Shown here: positions 29,354-39,232 of the stretch, in pieces
How the letters are laid out: each line of letters starts with the position of its first letter
Position numbering within the stretch: the first letter of the stretch is position 1
NCBI GenBank assembly: GCA_964520335.1
Contig: CAZFNE010000001.1
Span: 1 to 49,306, forward strand
DNA from: an uncultured Methanosarcinales archaeon
GTDB lineage: Archaea > Halobacteriota > Methanosarcinia > Methanosarcinales > Methanosarcinaceae
Direction of reading: 5' to 3'
DNA: 49,306 nucleotides
Notes under the pieces: model-generated
What the model saw: the letters and a program-made list of their open reading frames with translations, nothing else
What the model was told of the DNA's origin: nothing
Database searches by the model: none
Position numbers and translations under genes: made by a program

Positions 29354-32300
29354 ATGGTAAACGTGGCTAAGGAATTGGAAGTCTTAAGGCAGAATCTACT
29401 TGACCTGTCCCTTCGGAACAACCTTCTCAATTACCGCCCTTCCAAAAAAAGAACTGTTTTAATTACAGAAAGAATGCCTGAGGAGATTTATGAGCTTGCT
29501 GTACTTCAGGAAAGATCTTTGAAATTCAGAGCAAAAATAAGAACAAAAAAAGGCAGAAAAACTGAGAAAGAAGAAGAAACTAAAGTCGAAACCAGAGCCG
29601 AAGCCGCAGAAAACGAAAGCAACCTTTTGAAAACAATAAGTAGAGTTTTCCGGCATCCAGATGATAATAGTCAGGATAATAATAGCAATATCAACAATAA
29701 AAATACTGGAAAAGATAATGATAATTATTCCGAAAACAGCATAAATAGAATTAACAAAAATAATAATGACAATAAAGAGGATAACAGCAGCATTAATAAA
29801 ACCTTGACTTTTTCTCCAACTTCGTCCAATTATGTTCTGGAAACGCCCGATGATAACGAAACCCTTGAGAGAAAGCTTTTTTATGTTTTTAACCAGGCGA
29901 ATTCGATTTTTGAAGAACAGGGATATCCTGTCCTTTATCTTACAATAGGGTTTCTTCAGTGGAGCGAGAATAAATCCTCTGTAAAAAACCCAAAAGCCCC
30001 CCTGATTCTCGTTCCTGTTGAACTCAAGCGTACAGGAAAAGGAAGGAATTTCAGCCTGCAGTGGACAGGAGATGAGGTTTTCACCTCAATTACTTTGCAG
30101 GCAAAAATGAAGGAGCTTGGGGTCCAGCTTCCTGAGTTTGAAATGCCTGAAGACTCCGCAGGCATTAGGGATTATTTTAAAGCCGTAACTGGAGCCATCG
30201 ATGAAAAAACAGGCTGGCAAGTCCTGCCTGAAATCTGTCTTGACCTTTTTAATTTTAGAAAATTTGTAATGTATAAGGATCTTGATCCTGCAACCTGGCC
30301 TGAAGATGCCTCGCCTTCCGAACAGCCGCTTATTCAAAAAATATTTAATCCGGAGGAGCCCGAACCTTTAGATTCAGGTTTTCGAGAAGAGGAAGTTGAT
30401 TTAAAACTTACAGCAAAAGATACCTATCATATAATGGATGCCGACTCTTCCCAGATTGCGGTTATTGAAGATATAAAGGCCGGAAGAAACCTTGTTGTGG
30501 AAGGCCCCCCTGGCACGGGTAAATCCCAGACAATTGCAAATACGATTGCAGAACTAATTGCCCAGGGTAGGAGTGTGCTTTTTGTAAGTGAAAAAATGGC
30601 AGCGCTGCAGGTTGTAAAAAGCAGGCTTGATGCTGCAGGCCTGGGAGAACTTTGCCTGGAAGTTCACAGTAATAAAACACGCAAAAAGGCAGTCCTTGAA
30701 GAACTTGAAAAGACGCTTTCTCGTGCTGCTCCTGACTCTACAAGCCCTGAAAGAGAGCTTGCTGAGCTTGAAAAGCTGAAAAAGGAACTAAATACTTACG
30801 TATTCTCACTTGGCAATCCTGCAGGAAAATTGTATTCAAGTCTTTATACCCTCTACGGAATAAGAGAAAAAACAAAAGCTTATTTTGAAGAAAAAGGGCT
30901 TAAAATGCCCCTTTATTCTTTTAAAGATCCCCAGGACTGGGAATCTAAAGCCTGGGGAGAAGCAGAATCTGCCCTGGAAAAAATAGGGCAGGTTCTTCCT
31001 TCTCTTGGGACAGTTCAGAAAAACCCCTGGTATGGGTGTGAGCCTGGCCTTGTGCTGCCTTCAGACCTGCAGGAAATAGAGCTTTTTTCAGGAGAATGCG
31101 CCGCTGCTTTTGAAAATCTTGAAAATGCCGTTAAAAATCTTAATGAACTCTCTGGAACCTCAAAACCTCAGACTTTTGAGGCAATTAAAGCTACAATTGA
31201 AGCTGCAAAACTCCTTGAAACTTCAAAACCTTTTCCTGAAAAAATGCTGCAAAATCCTGAATGGGACTCTGAATCTACAAAAATCGAGGCTGAAATTTTA
31301 ATCTCAAAACTCAGGAAGTACACGGAACTAAAAAACTTTGTAGACAAAACATTCAAGCCTTCAGTTTTCGAACTTGACACCTCAGCATTCGAAGAATTAT
31401 CCTGCAAATTCCTAAAGGTTGTCAGCCCGAAGTATAGAAGACTTAAAAAAGAGATTTCTGCCTGTTATATTTCAGGAGTCCCTTCTCAGGATAAAAAAAT
31501 CCTTCTGGATCTGGCCTGCATCTCCGAATTTGAGACTTACAGGCTGGAAATTGAAAAAGCTGGAAAAGGAGGTAAAAAATATTTCTTGGATGCCTGGAAA
31601 GATTTTGAGAGCGAACCTGCCTTCCTGGAAGGATATATAAGATGGATAATTCCTTTCCGTAAATATGTAAGAGAGAATGTTTTCACTGAGAAGAGTTTTG
31701 GGCTCGTAACAGGTGGAACTGATAGGGAAGCCCTGGAAAATGCGATAAATGAGGTAGATGCAGCAAAAGAAGCTTTCCTTGAAGCTCTTGGAAAGATCAG
31801 AGCCTGTATAAAAGTAGATTTTGAGAAAATGTTTGGTAAACCCTTTGAAAACGTAAAACTTAGCCAGCTTAAGTCCCATATAACTAAATGGAAAAATGAA
31901 ACTTCTTCTCTTGTCTTCTGGAGCCAGTACCTGGGCTACAGGCAGGTCTGCATGGAGACAAAGGCAGCACCAATGATAGAAGATATCGAGGCCGGAAAAA
32001 TAGAAACCTGTGATATTATCCCTGCTTTTGAAGGAAATTATGCCGAGCTTCTTCTGCACCGCGCCATCAGGGAAAGGCCCGCTCTTTCCAGTTTTATCCG
32101 GGAGTTGCATGAAGGCAGGATTACGAAATTTACAGAGCTTGACAAAAAAGTCCTGCTGGAAAATAGGAAAAGAATTATCAGTTCTGCTTATGAGGAAGCT
32201 CCTAAACTGAATTCAGGAGCGTCGCGGGCTTCAGAAGCCGGAATTTTGCTCAACGAGTTTAACAGGAAAAGAGGGCATATGCCTATTCGGGCCCTCATGA

Positions 32301-35272
32301 AAAAAGCAGGTGGGCTTGTACAGAAGATCAAACCCTGTTTTCTTATGAGCCCACTTTCGATAGCTCAATACCTTGATCCCAGGAGCACCCGCTTTGAAGT
32401 AATTATTTTTGACGAAGCCAGCCAGGTCAGGCCGGAAGACGCAGTTGGGGCCCTCCTGCGGGGAAAACAGGTAGTGGTAATGGGAGACTCAAAACAGCTT
32501 CCTCCTACCGATTTCTTTGATAGTGTAGTAGATTTCCCTGAAACCGAACCTGACGATTTTACTTCTGCTGGTGATATGGAAAGTATTCTCAATGTGTGCA
32601 AACGCAGTTTCGCGGTAAAAACCCTGCGCTGGCACTACAGAAGCAGGCATGAATCTTTAATAGCGGTTTCAAACCAGGAGTTTTATGATAACCGCCTTTA
32701 CGTTTACCCTTCTCCTGTGCAAAAAGACGAAAAGCTTGGCCTGAAATTCGTGCACCTTCAGGACGCTGTCTACGACAGGGGAAAAAGCGGAGTTAACAGA
32801 GTAGAAGCGAGAGCAGTTGCAAAGGCTGTTTTTGAACATTTCAGCAAATCCCCTGAGAAAAGCCTTGGAGTAGGAACTTTTAATATAAAACAGCAGGAAG
32901 CCATCCAGGAAGAAATCGAAGCTCTCCTGAAGACAAATCCGGGCTTTGACCTGAACTCAGGGAATGAAAGGGGAGAACACTTCTTTGTAAAGAACCTTGA
33001 AACAATCCAGGGGGATGAAAGGGATGTTATTTTGCTGAGTGTAGGTTTTGGCTTTGACGGCAGCAGAAAACTTTCCCTGAACTTCGGGCCTCTTAACCGC
33101 GAAGGAGGAGAGAGACGCCTGAATGTATTGATTACGCGGGCAAAAGAAAAATGCGTCGTCTTTGCAAATTTTACCTCAAATGACCTGAACCTGGACGAGA
33201 ATTCACCTTTTGGACTTCGCTCACTAAAAGTTTTCCTGGAATTTGCAGAAAAGGGCAGGCTCGCCTCGTGTGCAGGCAAGGAAACCTTCGATTCTCCTTT
33301 TGAAGATGTTGTTTCGGCGTTTTTGATAGAAAACAGTTTTGAAGCCCACAGGCAAATAGGCTGTGCCGGATACAGACTTGATCTTGCTATCCTTGATCCA
33401 GGCCATCCAGGAAAATATATACTGGGAATTGAGTGCGATGGAGCTCGCTATCATTCTTTGCGAGTAGCAAGGGATAGGGACCGCTTGCGCCAGCAGGTAC
33501 TTGAAGGGCTGGGCTGGAAAATCTATAGGGTCTGGTCAACTGACTGGTATTTGCGCCCTAAGGAAAGCAAAGAAAAGCTGCTGGAAGCTGTACAGAATGC
33601 TGTAAAACAGGCAAAATCGCAGGCAAAAGCTGAAAAAGACCTTTTGATCCCGAAAATAAAAGAACCTGCTGCCTGGGCTGAAGCTGCAAATAAAAAAAGT
33701 TTGGAAAAGCCTCCAATTAGTGGAAAAGAATTGACTCATATCACAATTCCAAATCCTTCTAATAAATCTTCTATTGAGACTTCTTTTAACACTTCTTTTG
33801 ATCTTTCACTTGATTCTTCTATACATCCAGTTCTATTAACAGAAACAGATTCAGATGGTACCCAGGTTTTATCCCCAAAATTTTCTAAGACCTTATCCAG
33901 CAACTCAAGGTTACCCTCCGAAAACTTACTCCCGGAAAATGCAGCAAAAAAAACCTTCAAAGCGGTTAAGAAAAGCGGAGAAGACTCAAGCGAAGCTGTT
34001 TACTATTCGGAAAAGACCACAGGTTTTTCAGATGAGGCTGATTTTGAAGCGGAGGCCGAAGAAGCTCCTTCAGGGGCATTTTTCAAGTCTGGAGAGGGAA
34101 TTTCAGCAGGCTCGAGTTCAGCAGAATTTCTGCCTGAAATGGCTCTGAAAGCCCAATCAATGGCCCTACTTGCTAATGAAAATTCCCGCAAGAAACCTGT
34201 GAGGAGGCAGAAAAGCTCAAAACTCCTTAAATTTAACGCAGATCCTTCCTCTGAAGAAAGCTCTTATGAACCTGTACCAGAACCTGAGCCGGAAAAATTT
34301 ACTTTCTTCCAGGCTTACCCTGAAATTGATTTCAGTGCAGGCATACAGAAAAAGAAGCGCAGAAGGATTAATGAGTTCGCTTATATTTATGGCTCAGGAA
34401 AATATTCCGAACCAGAACCGGATCTCGAAGACGAAGCTGACTATACGGAAATTGTATGGAATTCAGAATCGGAAAGCATTTCAGAAGCCGAGCTCAACTC
34501 TAATTTTGCTTTTGGGAGTGGAACCGAAAATAAGACCTATCCAGAAACGTATTCTGCATCTATAAGCTCCACTAAAAAGAAAATGACAGGAGAGCCTGTT
34601 AAAGAATCCGATTCCAGAACCTATTCCGGACCTCTATCAGAAGACCCTGGCAGTATAGATAGAGGTTTCAGTATAGAGAAGAAAGAGCCTGAAAGAGATT
34701 CTGAGAAAATTGGCTTGCTTGAGGCTGCAGTTCCTTCTTATAAAATCTGTGCTGCTTCAGAGCTTCCTCAATCAACAGATTTGTCTGAAATTTCGGACAG
34801 GCAGCTTGAAAAGGCCGTGATAAAAATTATAGAATGCGAAGGCCCGATTCATCCGGAGCTTCTGCTTCAGAGAATAAAGTTGCAGACAGGAATCCCGCGT
34901 ATGGGAGGAAAAATCCGGCAGCGGGTTTCTGAGATGTTAATAATCGCAGAAGATTTAGGCAAAATCCGAAAAGAAGAGGAATTTTACTGGCCTGTTTCAA
35001 AAAATGTGTGTCCTTTGCGCAGGCGGGATGAAACTGCTTCTGCAAAAATCGAATGGATCTGCGATGAGGAAATAAAAGAAGCTGTACGCTTTGTCCTGAA
35101 AAACCAATATTCAACTCCTCTTGAAGCTCTTATTGTGCAGACTTCAAGGGTTCTTGGCATAAGAACCACACGTAAAAACACGTCGGAGAGGATTGAAAAA
35201 CTTGTACAGGAAAGTATTGAGAATAATGAACTGACCTTTATGCCTAACGACATGATTTATTTTGCAGAATGA
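29354..35272 (+). CDS. DUF4011 - SF1 (Upf1-like) helicase - very-short-patch-type endonuclease - DUF3320 protein (Hhe-like)
   Basis: LLDLSLRNNLLN and APLILVPV (DUF4011); GPPGTGKSQTI, DEASQ, GDSKQLPP, HYRS, QGDERD, RRLNV.ITRA; FDSPFE...YRLDLA...GIECDG..YHS...RDRDRLRQ..LE.LGW; C-terminal EGPIH wHTH. ATG at 29354 preferred over TTG at 29300. Confidence 0.92.
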   Translation: MVNVAKELEVLRQNLLDLSLRNNLLNYRPSKKRTVLITERMPEEIYELAVLQERSLKFRAKIRTKKGRKTEKEEETKVETRAEAAENESNLLKTISRVFRHPDDNSQDNNSNINNKNTGKDNDNYSENSINRINKNNNDNKEDNSSINKTLTFSPTSSNYVLETPDDNETLERKLFYVFNQANSIFEEQGYPVLYLTIGFLQWSENKSSVKNPKAPLILVPVELKRTGKGRNFSLQWTGDEVFTSITLQAKMKELGVQLPEFEMPEDSAGIRDYFKAVTGAIDEKTGWQVLPEICLDLFNFRKFVMYKDLDPATWPEDASPSEQPLIQKIFNPEEPEPLDSGFREEEVDLKLTAKDTYHIMDADSSQIAVIEDIKAGRNLVVEGPPGTGKSQTIANTIAELIAQGRSVLFVSEKMAALQVVKSRLDAAGLGELCLEVHSNKTRKKAVLEELEKTLSRAAPDSTSPERELAELEKLKKELNTYVFSLGNPAGKLYSSLYTLYGIREKTKAYFEEKGLKMPLYSFKDPQDWESKAWGEAESALEKIGQVLPSLGTVQKNPWYGCEPGLVLPSDLQEIELFSGECAAAFENLENAVKNLNELSGTSKPQTFEAIKATIEAAKLLETSKPFPEKMLQNPEWDSESTKIEAEILISKLRKYTELKNFVDKTFKPSVFELDTSAFEELSCKFLKVVSPKYRRLKKEISACYISGVPSQDKKILLDLACISEFETYRLEIEKAGKGGKKYFLDAWKDFESEPAFLEGYIRWIIPFRKYVRENVFTEKSFGLVTGGTDREALENAINEVDAAKEAFLEALGKIRACIKVDFEKMFGKPFENVKLSQLKSHITKWKNETSSLVFWSQYLGYRQVCMETKAAPMIEDIEAGKIETCDIIPAFEGNYAELLLHRAIRERPALSSFIRELHEGRITKFTELDKKVLLENRKRIISSAYEEAPKLNSGASRASEAGILLNEFNRKRGHMPIRALMKKAGGLVQKIKPCFLMSPLSIAQYLDPRSTRFEVIIFDEASQVRPEDAVGALLRGKQVVVMGDSKQLPPTDFFDSVVDFPETEPDDFTSAGDMESILNVCKRSFAVKTLRWHYRSRHESLIAVSNQEFYDNRLYVYPSPVQKDEKLGLKFVHLQDAVYDRGKSGVNRVEARAVAKAVFEHFSKSPEKSLGVGTFNIKQQEAIQEEIEALLKTNPGFDLNSGNERGEHFFVKNLETIQGDERDVILLSVGFGFDGSRKLSLNFGPLNREGGERRLNVLITRAKEKCVVFANFTSNDLNLDENSPFGLRSLKVFLEFAEKGRLASCAGKETFDSPFEDVVSAFLIENSFEAHRQIGCAGYRLDLAILDPGHPGKYILGIECDGARYHSLRVARDRDRLRQQVLEGLGWKIYRVWSTDWYLRPKESKEKLLEAVQNAVKQAKSQAKAEKDLLIPKIKEPAAWAEAANKKSLEKPPISGKELTHITIPNPSNKSSIETSFNTSFDLSLDSSIHPVLLTETDSDGTQVLSPKFSKTLSSNSRLPSENLLPENAAKKTFKAVKKSGEDSSEAVYYSEKTTGFSDEADFEAEAEEAPSGAFFKSGEGISAGSSSAEFLPEMALKAQSMALLANENSRKKPVRRQKSSKLLKFNADPSSEESSYEPVPEPEPEKFTFFQAYPEIDFSAGIQKKKRRRINEFAYIYGSGKYSEPEPDLEDEADYTEIVWNSESESISEAELNSNFAFGSGTENKTYPETYSASISSTKKKMTGEPVKESDSRTYSGPLSEDPGSIDRGFSIEKKEPERDSEKIGLLEAAVPSYKICAASELPQSTDLSEISDRQLEKAVIKIIECEGPIHPELLLQRIKLQTGIPRMGGKIRQRVSEMLIIAEDLGKIRKEEEFYWPVSKNVCPLRRRDETASAKIEWICDEEIKEAVRFVLKNQYSTPLEALIVQTSRVLGIRTTRKNTSERIEKLVQESIENNELTFMPNDMIYFAE

Positions 35273-35284
35273 AAAATCCGCAAA

Positions 35285-36871
35285 TTAATTGTTGTCCTCG
35301 GTGTGATACTCAGCAAGTAGCCCTATTTCTTCGGCTTTTTTCGGGAACTTGAAGAAAACGAGCGCCCCTGCTAACAGTACAGCAATAATTCCGGCCAGAT
35401 AGGCATATTGGTCACCAGCCAGGAAGGAGGCCTTGGCTGCGGCCATAATTTGGCTCGAATACTGAGGATATTGCTCTGCCAGGACAGCCGCACTGGAGAA
35501 CGACTTCTGGAGTTCTGCTGTTACATTGCTGGTGATAAGCTGCTGTTCGGAGCTTGGCAGGTCGGAGATGGTTGAAGCAAAAGCTTTGGCATAGCCGGCT
35601 GCAAGAAGCGTGCCAAAAATCGATTGCATAATAGCCCCTCCAAAATCACGCTGCAAGTCAGCAGTTCCAGATGCCATGCCAGCACGTTTGACAGGTACGG
35701 AATCAGTTAGTGAGCGCGAAGCTGGAGTGCCAGCTATTCCAACCCCTATTCCTACAAGGGCATATCCAAGACCTATTTTCCAGTAAGGGATATCTTCCTT
35801 CCATAGAATTAGCATTATAAGGAAAGCAAGCAAAAAGAAAAAAAACCCGATAAGCAGGGTAAATCTTGACCCATGGGACTCTATAAGCTTTGCAGATAGA
35901 GGCGCAGTCAGCACCATGAAAACAGCTGCTGGCAAGATCGCGATCCCTGCCTCGAATGTTGAGTAGCCAAGAACGTTTTGCAAAAGCTGCTGACCTACGA
36001 ACATTGCGGCCATGAGGGATCCAAACACGATTATTCCGGAGAAAGCTGCAACCCAGAAAATTTGACGTCCGGCAATATTAAGGTCATAAAGTGGACTACT
36101 TGTCCGACGCTGACGGATTATGAATGCTACTCCTGTGACTGCTGCAATAATCGCAAGCAATAATACCGGGACTCCAGCTCCCGGAACTGACACAAAATTA
36201 ATGGCAAGAATTAGTGCACCCACAAGCAGCATGGACAGGATACCTCCCAGGTTATCTACAGGCTCAGTAGTTTCATTTGCATGAGCAGGAACGAATTTCA
36301 ACGCCAGCAACAAAGCTATTGCAGCAAGGGGTATGGTTATAAGAAAAACTGAGCCCCAATCAAAATGCTCAAGAAGAAGGCCTGAGACCATCGGGCCAAG
36401 TGCCCCAAAGGCTGCACCCAGGCCAGACCAAAGAGCAATAGATCTTGTTCGTGCTGGACCAGACCAAAGCGCTGTAATCAGCGCCAGCGTAGTTGGATAG
36501 GCCATGCCGGCTGCAAAGCCTCCAAAAAGGCGGCCCCAAAAGAGCACCTCAACGGATGGGGCAAGTGCAGCTATCAGGGAGGCCGGGATAGCCAGCCCTG
36601 TACCAATAATCAACATCATCTTGCGCCCATAGCGATCCCCAAGGGCGCCGAACCAGAGCACTGAGGCTGCCAGGCCAAGGGAAAAACCTACAGCTACAAG
36701 GTTGAGTGCTACCTGCGAGGCACCAAAGGCCACCCCAATTGAAGGCAGAGAAACATTAGCAACTGAGAGGTTCAGGTTGGCAACTGCTGCCACAAGGATG
36801 AGCGTGGCAAGTACGATCTTTCCGGGACCATTTGATTCTGGACTCCCAGGAGAACTTTCTTTTGCATTCAT
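35285..36871 (-). CDS. MFS transporter, DHA2-like (14 TM)
   Basis: GALGDRYGRK motif A, P.TLALI, WGSVFLI, RAGMASG. Confidence 0.92.
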   Translation of the reverse strand: MNAKESSPGSPESNGPGKIVLATLILVAAVANLNLSVANVSLPSIGVAFGASQVALNLVAVGFSLGLAASVLWFGALGDRYGRKMMLIIGTGLAIPASLIAALAPSVEVLFWGRLFGGFAAGMAYPTTLALITALWSGPARTRSIALWSGLGAAFGALGPMVSGLLLEHFDWGSVFLITIPLAAIALLLALKFVPAHANETTEPVDNLGGILSMLLVGALILAINFVSVPGAGVPVLLLAIIAAVTGVAFIIRQRRTSSPLYDLNIAGRQIFWVAAFSGIIVFGSLMAAMFVGQQLLQNVLGYSTFEAGIAILPAAVFMVLTAPLSAKLIESHGSRFTLLIGFFFFLLAFLIMLILWKEDIPYWKIGLGYALVGIGVGIAGTPASRSLTDSVPVKRAGMASGTADLQRDFGGAIMQSIFGTLLAAGYAKAFASTISDLPSSEQQLITSNVTAELQKSFSSAAVLAEQYPQYSSQIMAAAKASFLAGDQYAYLAGIIAVLLAGALVFFKFPKKAEEIGLLAEYHTEDNN

Positions 36872-37459
36872 GTGGGGTCTCCTCTGTACAGTGTCAGGCA
36901 GTTTAAGGAATTTCCTGTAAATTTAAGGATAGTAACGTACTTGCTGGCAAAATATCACCATCATTTGTTTCATCCCAGAAGAAGGCATATCATCAAGACT
37001 TAGGCCTTTTCATTTGCAGTGATATTGCTGCTTATGTATACACATAAAATTTCATACATAATGTTCTAAGTAATTATTTTCTAATGATAATTATTCTGTT
37101 CTATTTATATTAGAAAAAGCATTATTTAAAGCAAATAGAAACTTATGTTTTCTTGATTGAAATTATATAAAAGGGGTTACGCATTATTTTTCTTTTTCAA
37201 CCTTCATGACTTTTATATTCAAATAAAGCGCCCTCCTACCTGAGCGCTCCTATCACTAAAAAAGTAAAAATGCAATTAAAAGTATAAAGCTCACTGTAAG
37301 ATCTATAGTCCAAGAAAGAGAGATTTTATCCCAAAAGCTAGTTAAAGATTACAAAAATGAATAAAAAACAATTCAGGAAGCACAATTCAAAAGCGGAAAA
37401 TCTTACGAAACTAGGTAGTGGCCTTTATTAGAATTTTTGATATTATTTATATGATTGTT

Positions 37460-38488
37460 TTAAGATAGGCTATCGAGGATTTCTTTAATTGTTGCAGAAT
37501 CCAGGTTCAGATCAACTTTGTTCAGGGTAATGCCGATGAGTTTTGCAGATCGCCTTAATTCCTCATCGGAATAATATTTCGAGGCATGGTCAATTATTGT
37601 ACTCACCGGAGCTCTTTGTGCAAGTGCGCATATTGCGCATATGAGATCAAAATCCTGTGCCCTTTCCAGCTCGCTTTTATTTAATTTTAAGCAATCAACC
37701 ACTACAATATTGCCTTTAGAATACAAGAAATTATCCAGTTTTACGTCACCATGAAAAAGTCCATTTTCATGCATTGTTTTTAGCGTTTTGAAAATTTGAT
37801 CTATAATCACATTGTTAATCGGTACTTTTGATAGCGGCTCACCATCGATGTATTCCATCACTAAGATATAGTCATCGAAATTCAGCTTATGCAGTCCATA
37901 TACTTCGGGAGCGACCACATTTATCTCTTTTAGTTTGAGAAGGTTGTCCCGCTCGAACCCAACAAGGTCTTTTGCATCCTTGTGCCCTTCGAAAAAGAAG
38001 TCAGTTCTTTCCGCAATTGAGCCTAGATTTCGGAACTTCGTCATGTACTTATGCATAAGTGCACTTCGATTGTTGATAATTTTTCCCATATATTTTTTCT
38101 CTTCTTTTGTTTTAGTATCTATACCCCCAATAATACATGGAATTGACATCCAATAAGAGCCGCCAGCTAGCTTTATATGTATATTTGAGAGTTTATATAC
38201 TCGCCTAAACAGGTATTTTATCTGAGTCTCACGAACAGCACTGAGCTGGTCCTGTGAAATTATGTGTATAGTCTCTAGGACCACATACTTCGTTTTTGAT
38301 TGGAATAATCTGTCAGTTATCTTTAGAATTACAAAGATTGTGCTTACCATTAGGACAATTATTGCCTGCACTATGAAATTATTTAAAATAATGTTTATGA
38401 GGCCTATCTTCATCTTTTGTGAGGTGTCTTCTCTATCGTCATATTCCATAAACATACCCTCATAAATAATCGTAGATAGGTCATACAT
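37460..38488 (-). CDS. Membrane-anchored atypical protein kinase (RIO1/Bud32/Kdo-like)
   Basis: N-terminal hydrophobic helix; YMGK, APEVY, LVMEYIDG, HGDVKLDN, VVDC. Confidence 0.8.
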   Translation of the reverse strand: MYDLSTIIYEGMFMEYDDREDTSQKMKIGLINIILNNFIVQAIIVLMVSTIFVILKITDRLFQSKTKYVVLETIHIISQDQLSAVRETQIKYLFRRVYKLSNIHIKLAGGSYWMSIPCIIGGIDTKTKEEKKYMGKIINNRSALMHKYMTKFRNLGSIAERTDFFFEGHKDAKDLVGFERDNLLKLKEINVVAPEVYGLHKLNFDDYILVMEYIDGEPLSKVPINNVIIDQIFKTLKTMHENGLFHGDVKLDNFLYSKGNIVVVDCLKLNKSELERAQDFDLICAICALAQRAPVSTIIDHASKYYSDEELRRSAKLIGITLNKVDLNLDSATIKEILDSLS

Positions 38489-38707
38489 TCAATTCGCTGT
38501 TTTTGCCCTTGATATTGTCCTTCCTCAAATCCGGGCATGTAGGGAAATACATATATTATACCCTATTAATGATCTTAGTCTGTACATTACAATGTATACA
38601 GGCTCGTCTATAGCTTCGGTTTCAGAATACCATCTTATTTCCCTTAATTTTGAAGTCTTCTGATACGTTTGTTGTTATTCCCCAGGGACACGGTTTATTA
38701 ACGAAGT

Positions 38708-39232
38708 TTATTGTGCTGGAGCTTTTTTTTCTTCGGCGAAAACTTCGTACAGTTTTTGCTCTTCTTCTTTGGACAAGTTGGTAGCAATAATTTCGAAATT
38801 CAGTTCCTGAGTGGCCTCTGCAACCTTATCAAGTGCAGCGTCACTTGTCATCAAAAAAAGAGCTGAGGTACCTTCTGTCACTTTATCTCGGACAAACCTG
38901 ATAAATTCTTCATCAATACCAACATCCTTCATAGAACTGGTCAGTGCACCCAATGTAGCCCCAGCAACAAGGCCGAATATAGGTACTAAGAAAATCAGGC
39001 CAAATAAAAAACCCCAAAAAGCTCCACTGAGTAAACTTGGACTGGTTAACTTAGTTATTTGTTCCATTTTTGGCTTCTTTTTCCCCTCAGGCCAGGTGAC
39101 AATAGCCGCATCGTGAAGAGTTATCAGCTTCTTCTTGCTTAAATCTTGAATAACATGAAGTGCCTTTTTGGCCCCATCAGCTGTTTTAAACTTCAGAACT
39201 ATTAAATTTGCTATATTCGGACCTCCACACAT
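38708..39232 (-). CDS. DUF1269 family membrane protein (start may be ATA at 39214)
   Basis: LIVLKF...DAAIV.WP.GK.KP, GAFWG.LFGLIFLVPIFGLVAGA..GAL, D.GID.EFI, GTSALF, TNLSKEEEQKL. Confidence 0.88.
   Translation of the reverse strand: MCGGPNIANLIVLKFKTADGAKKALHVIQDLSKKKLITLHDAAIVTWPEGKKKPKMEQITKLTSPSLLSGAFWGFLFGLIFLVPIFGLVAGATLGALTSSMKDVGIDEEFIRFVRDKVTEGTSALFLMTSDAALDKVAEATQELNFEIIATNLSKEEEQKLYEVFAEEKKAPAQ

Noticed and set aside
29459..35253. Many short ORFs overlapping the large helicase (e.g. 31472..32110, 32770..33279)
   Set aside because: Antisense or off-frame shadows of a well-supported CDS
36880..37020. Riboswitch or leader peptide upstream of the MFS gene
   Set aside because: Only very short ORFs, and no match to riboswitch consensus sequences I can recognise (e.g. 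fluoride/crcB)
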